From an uncultured virus (IMG/VR IMGVR_UViG_3300025927_000002) (Duplodnaviria; Heunggongvirae; Uroviricota; Caudoviricetes): a stretch of 20,000 bases of DNA. The stretch is taken from the IMG/VR virus record IMGVR_UViG_3300025927_000002. The stretch is one strand, 5' to 3'. Positions 1 to 6,917 of this stretch are shown here, piece after piece. Position 1 is the stretch's first letter, and every line of letters starts with the position of its first letter. The translations under genes and the position numbers were made by a program. The notes under the pieces were generated by a model. The model did not search any database, was not told where the DNA came from, and was given only the letters and a program-made list of their open reading frames with translations.

Positions 1-185
1 AGTCCGACGGTCACGGCCATACCGAACAGACCGTTGCCGCACGTTGCTCAGGGGACCGCGCAAGTCTGCGCCAATCCGGCCGCCTATGCCCGCACGCCTC
101 ATATCGCCAACTGGGTATGGCGGACGCTGCGCCACCCTTGACGCCCTGGCCGCCATTGCACAATGGCGACCAGGATAAGCTCAAG

Positions 186-836
186 CTACAGCAGCCAGCG
201 TCGCCTGCTATATAGCCCAAACCCTGTCAAAGCTGCGCCGAGCAAGGCCAGGCTGGCGGGCTCAGGAACCTCCGTCTGGCTATAAGTTTGGTCGATAATC
301 GAGATCGTCGCTTGCCCGTGCTCTGGCCCGATATACTCGATATCCTTGAAAACCCGGATATTGAGCGCCGCTTCCGACAGATCGACGTGATCGGTGAATT
401 GCGCCGGCGGGTTCAGCACGTTGAGCACCCCGATCAGATGCCCGTTGTCGATATTGAAGATCATCTCATTGATCGAGCTGATCGGCGTTCCGTTGAAAAA
501 CATCGACGCGTCGGTGAACGCGCTGCCGGCGATATGCGCGTCATAGCTGATAGCGGTGTCGCCAAACTGGCCGGGCAGCGCGTTGAACGCGCCGTTGATC
601 CTGATGCCAAACTCACCCGGGAACGGATCGGGCGGCGTCGTGCTGACGTAAGGCTCGACATTGATCTGGCCGCAGGGGACTCCGGTGCTCGTGCAGGTAA
701 AGTTGTCGAATGTAATGTTTCCCGACGCGACGATCGGACTTGGCAGGATCGGCTGGGCATCAACTGGCCCCGACGCGATCGCAGCAGCGACCAGCGCCGC
801 CGACACTGCGGTTGAGGTTATGAATGGTCGATGCAT
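186..836 (-). CDS. PEP-CTERM sorting domain protein (exosortase substrate)
   Basis: N-terminal signal peptide (ending VDA-Q) and C-terminal VPEPASLALLGAALTGFGLYSRRR (PEP motif, TM helix, Arg cluster); GGAG SD upstream. Confidence 0.95.
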   Translation of the reverse strand: MHRPFITSTAVSAALVAAAIASGPVDAQPILPSPIVASGNITFDNFTCTSTGVPCGQINVEPYVSTTPPDPFPGEFGIRINGAFNALPGQFGDTAISYDAHIAGSAFTDASMFFNGTPISSINEMIFNIDNGHLIGVLNVLNPPAQFTDHVDLSEAALNIRVFKDIEYIGPEHGQATISIIDQTYSQTEVPEPASLALLGAALTGFGLYSRRRWLL

Positions 837-880
837 TTACAGGCTCCTATGGGTCGCGGAGTGCGACATCTGAGACGGCC

Positions 881-896
881 TGCATGTACCGTGCCA
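881..896 (-). promoter_or_regulatory. Sigma54 (-24/-12) promoter of the PEP-CTERM gene
   Basis: Minus strand TGGCACGGTACATGCA fits GG-N10-GC / TGGCAC-N5-TTGCW with one mismatch. Confidence 0.85.
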
Positions 897-902
897 TATC
901 GA

Positions 903-928
903 TAAATGATTGATATATCAATGGGTTA
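903..928. promoter_or_regulatory. Back-to-back IHF-type sites
   Basis: WATCAANNNNTTR matches at 916-928 (+, TATCAATGGGTTA) and 903-915 (-, TATCAATCATTTA); a third at 1013-1025 (AATCAATGGGTTA). Confidence 0.7.
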
Positions 929-960
929 GTTGTAAGGTCTTGGTCTCGGGAACACTGATT

Positions 961-977
961 TGTAAAATTTCCCGACA
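961..977. promoter_or_regulatory. Enhancer-binding-protein site (PEP-CTERM/PrsR-type box) 1
   Basis: TGTAAAATTTCCCGACA (TGT-N11-ACA) about 65 bp upstream of the sigma54 site. Confidence 0.7.
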
Positions 978-1049
978 CCGCTACAGGATTCCGAAAATCT
1001 CGAATCTAATGAAATCAATGGGTTAAGCGTTCACGGATTCCGTTGTCGC

Positions 1050-1066
1050 TGTCGGATTTTTTTACG
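1050..1066. promoter_or_regulatory. Enhancer-binding-protein site (PEP-CTERM/PrsR-type box) 2
   Basis: Reverse complement CGTAAAAAAATCCGACA, an inverted near-copy of the 961-977 box. Confidence 0.65.
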
Positions 1067-1316
1067 CACTGACCTCAGCCCGAATCCCCTTGCCGACGCG
1101 GGATTCTTGCGGGAACATAGAAGAGCGCGCGGGGGTCGCGCGTGATCGCGGAGGACGCGATGCGTAGATAAAGCAAGCCCGCTTCCGTGGCGGAAAGCGG
1201 GCTAGCATACCGGCCGTCGCCGGAGGAATCGCGTGTGAGCAACGCGATCCTCTGACATCCGCTCGGCAAAAGCAAGCTCTTTCTTGCCATGGGCGAGCTG
1301 CGCTCGGAGTGCAGCC

Positions 1317-1871
1317 ATGCCGTTTGCAATCGTAGCCGTAAATCACGAGACCTACCGCCAACTCCCATCGCCGCAAGCCCGCTGGCTCCTGATGTGCCTG
1401 GCGCGTTATGCCGATCGCGATGGTCGGTGCTGGCCGAGCATGCGACAGCTCGCCGCGGATTCCCGCATGAGCCTCGCGACCGTGTGCCGTTATCTGAAAT
1501 CGATGGCGGAATTAGGCGTGTTTCAGCGCGCCCGACGCGGCGTCGGCCGATACAGCTACCGGCTCGCGGAAGCCTACGTTCCGCGCCTGCCGGGGCGTGT
1601 TTCATCCGCGCCAACCCGGACGTTTCAAGGCAAGGAACACGATAAGCAGGATCACAGGAGAAGCTATAAAAATCACACCGATTACGATAAGCAGAGCATC
1701 AAGCATGCCGATTCCCCTCCCCCCGAGCCCCCGCTCACCCCTGCTGAGCGCGCCGGGTTTGCGAAGCGGCTGGGCGATTTGGTCGCGTCACTTAGAGCTG
1801 ACGTCACTCCGCCTGAGCGGGCTTGGCGGGCACAACCATGGGCGCGTGCAGGATTGGAGGCAGCAGGCTAA
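1317..1871 (+). CDS. Winged-HTH (HTH_36-like) protein resembling a phage replication initiator N-terminus
   Basis: ARWLLMCLARYADRDGRCWPSMRQLAADSRMSLATVCRYLKSMAELG; GGAG SD before ATG 1317. Confidence 0.75.
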   Translation: MPFAIVAVNHETYRQLPSPQARWLLMCLARYADRDGRCWPSMRQLAADSRMSLATVCRYLKSMAELGVFQRARRGVGRYSYRLAEAYVPRLPGRVSSAPTRTFQGKEHDKQDHRRSYKNHTDYDKQSIKHADSPPPEPPLTPAERAGFAKRLGDLVASLRADVTPPERAWRAQPWARAGLEAAG

Positions 1872-1998
1872 GCCTAGCTAGCTTCCTCTGCAGAATGCGG
1901 AGATCAAGCCGCCTGCCGTTTTCGGCAGCGGTTACGACCGTCTGCGCTTCCTCGGCGACATCACGCAGATAGGCTAGCTCTCGTGCCGTGTCAGTCAT
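1804..1998 (-). CDS. Hypothetical phage protein
   Basis: ATG at 1998 overlaps the end of the upstream ORF (ATGACTGA); 3' end overlaps the convergent HTH gene. Confidence 0.45.
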   Translation of the reverse strand: MTDTARELAYLRDVAEEAQTVVTAAENGRRLDLRILQRKLARLSLLPPILHAPMVVPAKPAQAE

Positions 1999-2245
1999 CG
2001 CGCAGTGACTCGTGGTCACCGCTGGCAATGCAGTCGGCGGCATCCATTACAGCTCCGTACTCAGGGCCGGTCTCACAAAATACGTCTTTCGCCGCCATGT
2101 GCAGCCACGCGACAATTGCGGCGCGCTCCCCGGCGGCGATTTCTACCTGCATGCGCTCCGCCGTCTCGCAGGGGCCATCACCCTCAGCTTTCGGACCATC
2201 GCATGTAATAACATGACAAAATTTCTCGCATACCTTATTCATCAA
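1991..2245 (-). CDS. Hypothetical phage protein
   Basis: 84-aa ORF abutting the upstream stop; ERAAIVAWL segment typical of small phage proteins. Confidence 0.6.
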   Translation of the reverse strand: MMNKVCEKFCHVITCDGPKAEGDGPCETAERMQVEIAAGERAAIVAWLHMAAKDVFCETGPEYGAVMDAADCIASGDHESLRDD

Positions 2246-2464
2246 TCACCTGATCCCCCATATCACCCACAGCACGCCGAGCACGCCGAGCATCGCGCCG
2301 GTGGCAAAGGCAACCACGCGGTCGATGACAAGCGGCCAGTCGCGCCGGAGGCGCGGCATCGGCGCGGCTATTGAGTAACCAGCGACGAGCCGGTCGAGAT
2401 GCAGCTCGGCAAGCTGCTGCACAAGGATTTTTTCGTACCGCGCTTGCGCGCCCTCATCTCGCAT
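2246..2464 (-). CDS. Small membrane protein
   Basis: AGGGAG SD at 2471-2476, start MRDEGAQ; C-terminal hydrophobic helix. The longer ORF-track call runs into the non-coding array. Confidence 0.65.
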   Translation of the reverse strand: MRDEGAQARYEKILVQQLAELHLDRLVAGYSIAAPMPRLRRDWPLVIDRVVAFATGAMLGVLGVLWVIWGIR

Positions 2465-2476
2465 TGCCATCTCCCT

Positions 2477-3020
2477 GCCTACCGCGCCGAGCCGAGCCAA
2501 ACCCCGCCGTGCCAAACCCTGCCATGCCTGCCGGGCCAGTCCCTGCCGCGCCCCGCCAAGCCAAGTCATGCCTGCCAAGCCGGGCCACGCCCCGCCAATC
2601 CAAACCGTGCCACGCCAAGCCGCGCCTGCCGGGCCACGCCCCGCCAATCCAAACCGTGCCCCGCCAAGCCCCGCCTGCCGGGCCATACCTCGCCCATCCG
2701 CGCCACGCCTTGCCTAGCCCGCTAAGCCGGGCCACGCCCCGCCAATCCAAACCGTGCCTCGCCGGGCCTGCCATGCCAACCGCGCCAAGCCCCGTCCCGC
2801 CCAGCCAAGCCAGCTCTGCCACGCCGATCCGAGCCCAGCGCTGCCGTGCCGATCCGAGCCTTTCCGCGCCAGCCATGCCACGCCCTGCCCCGTCCCACCG
2901 TGCCTTGCCGCGCCAGCCTGGCCGCGCCAAGCCCCGCCGCGCCGAGCCGGACCATGCCTGCCCAGCCAAGCCCCGCCTCGCCTTCCCAGCCTCGCCCTGC
3001 CCTGCCGAGCCTGCCGTGTC
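2477..3020 (-). ncRNA. GGY-NN pentamer array of ~11 units, putative VIPR-type guide RNA array
   Basis: Near-strict 5-nt period: RCC-NN on + strand = GGY-NN on - strand (some GGA/GAC/AGC variants), ~97 variable dinucleotides, junctions mostly GGCAGGC/GGCTGGC every 43-59 nt; begins ~10 nt after the stop of 3031-3480. Confidence 0.85.
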
Positions 3021-3030
3021 CAAATGTTCG

Positions 3031-3480
3031 TTATTCCACCGGCTCGACGAGCTGCTCGCTTTTCCGTTCGCTTACTCGGCCGACATCTACTCGGTCGGCT
3101 GCCTCGAAAATGCGGACAAGCTCTCGCATGTACTGATACTTACGTTGCCAAACCCGAAACTCGGAGAGTGCTTGTGAAAGAGCCAACGCGCGCAACTCGG
3201 TATCGGACATCACCTCATCGATAGAGCGATATCCACCCTCGGTATGGCGATCTTGTATAAGCGAAATTGTTGCTCGTTTGCCTTCGTCCGAAACCACATG
3301 CACCGCGATCAAACGACGAACCTGCTGTAGGCGCCACTCTTCGGCCGCGAGGCCGTCGTCCCACTCTAAGCGCTTATGCAACTCGCTCTCAGGGTTCTTG
3401 CGAGCCCATTCAACAACGTTGTGCGGTTTGATAAACCCGGCACTATCAGTCAGATCAAGAAGCTCCCGCTCTACAGTCAT
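3031..3480 (-). CDS. Conserved phage protein, accessory partner of the RAMP-like gene
   Basis: IKPHNVVEWARKNPESELHKRLEWDDGLAAEEWRLQQVRRLI motif; ATGA overlap with the RAMP-like gene stop. Confidence 0.85.
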   Translation of the reverse strand: MTVERELLDLTDSAGFIKPHNVVEWARKNPESELHKRLEWDDGLAAEEWRLQQVRRLIAVHVVSDEGKRATISLIQDRHTEGGYRSIDEVMSDTELRALALSQALSEFRVWQRKYQYMRELVRIFEAADRVDVGRVSERKSEQLVEPVE

Positions 3481-4133
3481 GATGCCAACTCCCATGTACC
3501 AAAGCCGATGCCATTGCTATTTTTACTGAATGGCCGGCCTTCTCCGATACCGACCTGGATGCCGGCACGTGCCAGCAAATTTACGACGTCACCAGCCGAG
3601 AATTGATCACCATCCCAGCGCAGATTCACGACGCACTCCCACTTCGACCATATCGGCCGACAGCGTAGATCGACGACACCAGAATCGTTGCGGACCGGGA
3701 TAATTTTATGATCCTCGTCTGGGGCGCCCTCGATCCGTAAAAGCGGTGTTCCGTCTTCGGCGTCGTACCCATCCGCCTCGACAAAGATACTCATCTTTGC
3801 CCGTGTCATTTGGAACCCGCTCATACGACAGGCATCAATAAGGGCGGCGCGGAACCCAGGGGCCGGGATGCCATACCAGCCATCCGTTGCAACGTGAGCT
3901 GCGGCTTTCCAGTCCGCCTCGAAATCACGGGCGTCACGTTTGGCGCCCTTTTTTGAGCGCGCCCCCATCCGATGCTTTTCTTCGAGGATATCCAGGGCCT
4001 TCTTGGAGAACTTGTGCTGCATATACGGGGCTGTGCCGCGGATACGGATCGCACCTCGATCAAACTTTGGTGCCGCGATCGTAATCGCGGAATCTGACGT
4101 CGCGGCGGTGCTATTCAGAATGTCAAGAGGCAT
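3477..4133 (-). CDS. Stand-alone RAMP/Cas7-like protein (Vipr-like)
   Basis: N-terminal strand IRIRGTAPYMQH, IPAPGFRAALIDAC helix, CRPIWSKWEC strand, C-terminal Gly-rich loop GIQVGIGEGRP...GIGFGTW; GGAGA SD at 4141-4145 (alternative ATG 4136). Confidence 0.85.
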   Translation of the reverse strand: MPLDILNSTAATSDSAITIAAPKFDRGAIRIRGTAPYMQHKFSKKALDILEEKHRMGARSKKGAKRDARDFEADWKAAAHVATDGWYGIPAPGFRAALIDACRMSGFQMTRAKMSIFVEADGYDAEDGTPLLRIEGAPDEDHKIIPVRNDSGVVDLRCRPIWSKWECVVNLRWDGDQFSAGDVVNLLARAGIQVGIGEGRPFSKNSNGIGFGTWELAS

Positions 4134-4164
4134 CATAGATTCTCCGGATGGTTGGTTGAAATAC

Positions 4165-4452
4165 CTACAAGGCACGACTAAAATAATCGCGCCGCTCCTC
4201 CCGCCGTTCAGCGGACGAAGCGCTCGCCTCCAGCTCATCGAGCCTGGCTTCGAGTTCGGCGATGATCCGGCCAACGTGATCGGCGCGGTGCTCCCATGTC
4301 GAGATTGCCGCGCGCACGGTCTCGATGTTGTCGCTGCCGATTTCGTGCGGCATCGGCGGGCTGGGGTGACCAGCATCTTCGGCAATATCGGCAGTGCGCT
4401 CTGCCTCGTGTGAGGCGAGGTAATCCGGCCAAAAGGTATCGGGCACGGTCAT
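4165..4452 (-). CDS. Hypothetical phage protein (coiled coil)
   Basis: 95-aa ORF, ATGA overlap with the upstream gene. Confidence 0.65.
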   Translation of the reverse strand: MTVPDTFWPDYLASHEAERTADIAEDAGHPSPPMPHEIGSDNIETVRAAISTWEHRADHVGRIIAELEARLDELEASASSAERREERRDYFSRAL

Positions 4453-4661
4453 GGCGGATACTCAAACGGAGCCCGCTCATTCCAGGCGATCGCGGCGAGT
4501 TCTTCCGCCCCCTTGCCGTGAACTTCAGGACCCCGGCAATCGCAGTGCGCACACCCAACGTATGCGCTTACGGTTTCCCAGGATTCACCTGCGGTAATAC
4601 TGATCCCGTAGCCTCCTGCTCCGCAGAACGGGCAATGCTTTAATGGCGCGATGTCATTCAT
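4449..4661 (-). CDS. Lar-family restriction alleviation protein
   Basis: LKHCPFCG...VGCAHCDCRGP...AAIAWNER zinc-ribbon signature. Confidence 0.85.
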   Translation of the reverse strand: MNDIAPLKHCPFCGAGGYGISITAGESWETVSAYVGCAHCDCRGPEVHGKGAEELAAIAWNERAPFEYPP

Positions 4662-5094
4662 CGCTGCGTCCTCCTAAGCCCGCCGGCGCAGGGGGGATTG
4701 CGCCGGCGGGTAGGCACGCGCCGCGGCCAGGAGTCGGAGCCCGCGCGCTCTCGGCACTAGCGTCGTGATTCGCCCACCGAGGGTCTGGTGAAGAGGATGG
4801 ATCGCTGGCTTTCGCGAGCGCAGCTATTACCTGCTGCCGCACCGCTCCATTTGTATGGGTGTACGGCTCAGCCGCTTTCAGCGCGGCGACCAAATAATCG
4901 AAAGCATTAACCGCACGGACGATTAGACGGGCATTGGCCTCGGCTTCAGACCCATGCGGAGCTGTCGTCCAGCATGTCGCAATCAGACCACAAGCGACAA
5001 AGGTGCTCTCGTCTATGTGCCATATCCCAGGCTGTGATTGATTGCATACCCACGGGAGCGAGGTTGCGCTCACCGGCTTTTTTGTGGCGCTCAT
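4654..5094 (-). CDS. Conserved phage hypothetical protein
   Basis: LPW...EAEANARLIVRAVNAFDYLVAALKA motif common in temperate phage early genes; overlaps both neighbours. Confidence 0.75.
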   Translation of the reverse strand: MSATKKPVSATSLPWVCNQSQPGIWHIDESTFVACGLIATCWTTAPHGSEAEANARLIVRAVNAFDYLVAALKAAEPYTHTNGAVRQQVIAALAKASDPSSSPDPRWANHDASAESARAPTPGRGACLPAGAIPPAPAGLGGRSDE

Positions 5095-5774
5095 GACTGG
5101 CGACCCCCCATGAACAGATCGACAACCATCTCATTGAACCGCTTTTTGGCGGCGGCCCAGGCGGCGGCCCTGGCGGCGTCGGCGGCGGCCCTGGCGGCGG
5201 CCCTGGCGGCGGCCCTGGCGGCGTCGCCGGCGGCCCAGGCGGCGTCGGCGGCGGCGCAGGCGGCGGCCCAGGCGGCCCAGGCGGCGGCGGCGGTGCCGGC
5301 GGCGGTGCAGGCGGCGGTGCAGGCGGCCCCCGCGGCGGCGCCGGTGGCGGCCCTGGCGGCCTCCCTGGAGGCGGTGCAGGCGGCGGCTCTGAGCGTCTCG
5401 TCGCCCGCTTCGAGGTATTCTTTGACAACGGGCGGCGCCTCCCAAAAGTGGATCACCGACAATGCCTGCTCGCGCGCAAACTTCCGCAGCGTGTTTGTTG
5501 CATTGCGCATATCGACATATTCACGATACCTCGCACCCAGTTTATCATCATCCTCGACAACATCGCCCCAACAGCGGACCCGGTACAAATACTGTCCAGG
5601 GGCGTAGGTCAAAGCATCAAACGGGTCGCGAGATGCGTGGAGCGCGTTGTCGCAAAGGACGATATCGCCACCAACCGAATGCGATTCGCCGACGACAATT
5701 AGGCGACCATCGCCATGCGGCAGGCAATCGGACGCGGAGAACCACCACGCATCAATCTTCTTCGGAGCGCTCAC
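5091..5774 (-). CDS. Phage protein with Ala-rich AAWAA/AARA repeats
   Basis: Globular N-terminus (LCDNALHASRDPFDALTYAPG) followed by low-complexity Ala repeats; ATGA overlap. Confidence 0.8.
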   Translation of the reverse strand: MSAPKKIDAWWFSASDCLPHGDGRLIVVGESHSVGGDIVLCDNALHASRDPFDALTYAPGQYLYRVRCWGDVVEDDDKLGARYREYVDMRNATNTLRKFAREQALSVIHFWEAPPVVKEYLEAGDETLRAAACTASREAARAATGAAAGAACTAACTAAGTAAAAWAAWAAACAAADAAWAAGDAARAAARAAARAAADAARAAAWAAAKKRFNEMVVDLFMGGRQS

Positions 5775-5959
5775 GACCGCATCTCGCGATCGAGCGTGGC
5801 GAGATACTCGCCGACAACATCCGCGGCGCTCAGGGCGCTGTCGATGCGGCCGAGTTTTATCGCCTGCCGCAGGGTGAAGAGCGCCTGCGTTGCTCTCGCG
5901 AGTGTCGCGGGTCGCACCGCATAAAGGGTGTCGTCGTCCGTTCCGGTGCCGTCATCCAT
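5771..5959 (-). CDS. Hypothetical protein, first gene of the leftward operon
   Basis: GGGGAGA SD; ATGA overlap with the next gene; downstream of the pL-like promoter. Confidence 0.65.
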   Translation of the reverse strand: MDDGTGTDDDTLYAVRPATLARATQALFTLRQAIKLGRIDSALSAADVVGEYLATLDREMRS

Positions 5960-6020
5960 GACCGCTCTCCCCGATCAGCCGTCGCCCTCCTGGGCGGATA
6001 GATCCGGTCTGACAAAGAGC

Positions 6021-6050
6021 ACCCTAGTGGGAAGTTTCCCACACCGTCAA
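6021..6050 (-). promoter_or_regulatory. pL-like promoter with operator OL
   Basis: TTGACG (-35), 18 nt, TAGGGT (-10); palindrome GTGGGAAGTTTCCCAC at 6027-6042 lies in the spacer. Confidence 0.8.
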
Positions 6051-6339
6051 GCGGAAAATCGCGCGGTCCGGAAACCGGAATGATCTTACCTGGAATAACC
6101 TTTGTACGAAAACGTACTTTATGCCGTAAGATGCGGCGTTGTCGTCAATCTGAGTGGCGGCAACCCCTCCGAACAGGTAGCGTTAATAAGGGAAATAGTG
6201 TGATGCTGGCGATAGTCGGAGGGGCGGACACGGAAACCACGAAGATGGCCACAACCCTAGGCGTCCCCCCGCTTACAGCGTTAAAAATCCGTGAATTTGC
6301 CGGCGTTTTTGCCGTGATGATGCTGGCGCTCGACCCCGA

Positions 6340-6831
6340 CTACGATTTCACACGCTCGAATTTCGCCAGCTCCGACCTCAACATCACTGATATCATGTGC
6401 AGGGCGGCCGTATTATCCAGCGCGTTAGAGTCAATCCGGCGCAACTCAATCAATTGTTGATGCGCTAGCGCGGCCAGGCCGGCGATGACGTGTGGCTTGG
6501 TTATCAACGGGTTGTCGTGATTTTTCATATCCATCGCTGCCGCGACCAGCTCTAGCGCGACATGCAACAGCCGCGGGTCGCAGCGATTGTCGGGGGCCTC
6601 AGTGACCCCAAGCAGCTCAGGAACCCCGCCAGGAAACTTAAAAGCCGCGGCAAGCTGCACGAGCTTGCGCAGGTTCGGCCAATGGCCAGTCTCCATATCA
6701 TGGATGGCTTTTGCCTGAACTTTCGAGCGCTTTAAGAGCGCGGTCCGCGACATGCCAAGTCGCTCAACTTGGGCATCTATGCGGCGCGCTATATTAACAG
6801 GGTGCCACGGGGCATCAGGTGTTATCAGCAT
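6340..6831 (-). CDS. CI-like XRE-HTH repressor (no S24 peptidase domain seen)
   Basis: RLGMSRTALLKRSKVQAKAIHDMETGHWPNLRKLVQLA HTH; divergent from the cro-like gene and flanked by operators. Confidence 0.75.
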   Translation of the reverse strand: MLITPDAPWHPVNIARRIDAQVERLGMSRTALLKRSKVQAKAIHDMETGHWPNLRKLVQLAAAFKFPGGVPELLGVTEAPDNRCDPRLLHVALELVAAAMDMKNHDNPLITKPHVIAGLAALAHQQLIELRRIDSNALDNTAALHMISVMLRSELAKFERVKS

Positions 6832-6847
6832 GTCCGAGCATACCAGA

Positions 6848-6863
6848 GTGGGAACTTTCCCAC
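6848..6863. promoter_or_regulatory. Operator within the pRM-like promoter
   Basis: GTGGGAACTTTCCCAC; extended -10 TGG-TATGCT (-10 at 6842-6837, minus) 5 nt before the repressor ATG. Confidence 0.8.
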
Positions 6864-6882
6864 CAAGCGAGATATTTTTCGC

Positions 6883-6911
6883 TTGCCCCGTGGGAATTTT
6901 CCCACTAGCCT
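6883..6911 (+). promoter_or_regulatory. pR-like promoter with operator
   Basis: TTGCCC, 17 nt, TAGCCT; palindrome GTGGGAATTTTCCCAC at 6890-6905 lies in the spacer. Confidence 0.8.
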
Positions 6912-6917
6912 GCGGCA

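Noticed and set aside
2477..3020. Canonical CRISPR array or simple microsatellite
   Set aside because: No 23-50-bp conserved repeats alternating with unique spacers; NN positions are too diverse for a slippage satellite
2371..3224. Long Pro/Arg/Gly/Ala-rich ORFs across the array on both strands
   Set aside because: The 5-nt period is incompatible with codon structure; open frames arise because the repeat lacks stop codons
4134..4385. N-terminal extension of the RAMP ORF (302-aa call)
   Set aside because: Overlaps the 4165-4452 gene; a good SD supports a start at 4133/4136
5148..5390. GGC-rich repeats as a second GGY-NN array
   Set aside because: Period is 3/12 nt, explained by Ala codons of the 5091-5774 gene
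6080..6460. 126-aa plus-strand ORF between OL and the repressor
   Set aside because: No recognisable motif and overlaps the repressor 3' end by ~120 bp; a shorter version from ~6200 cannot be excluded
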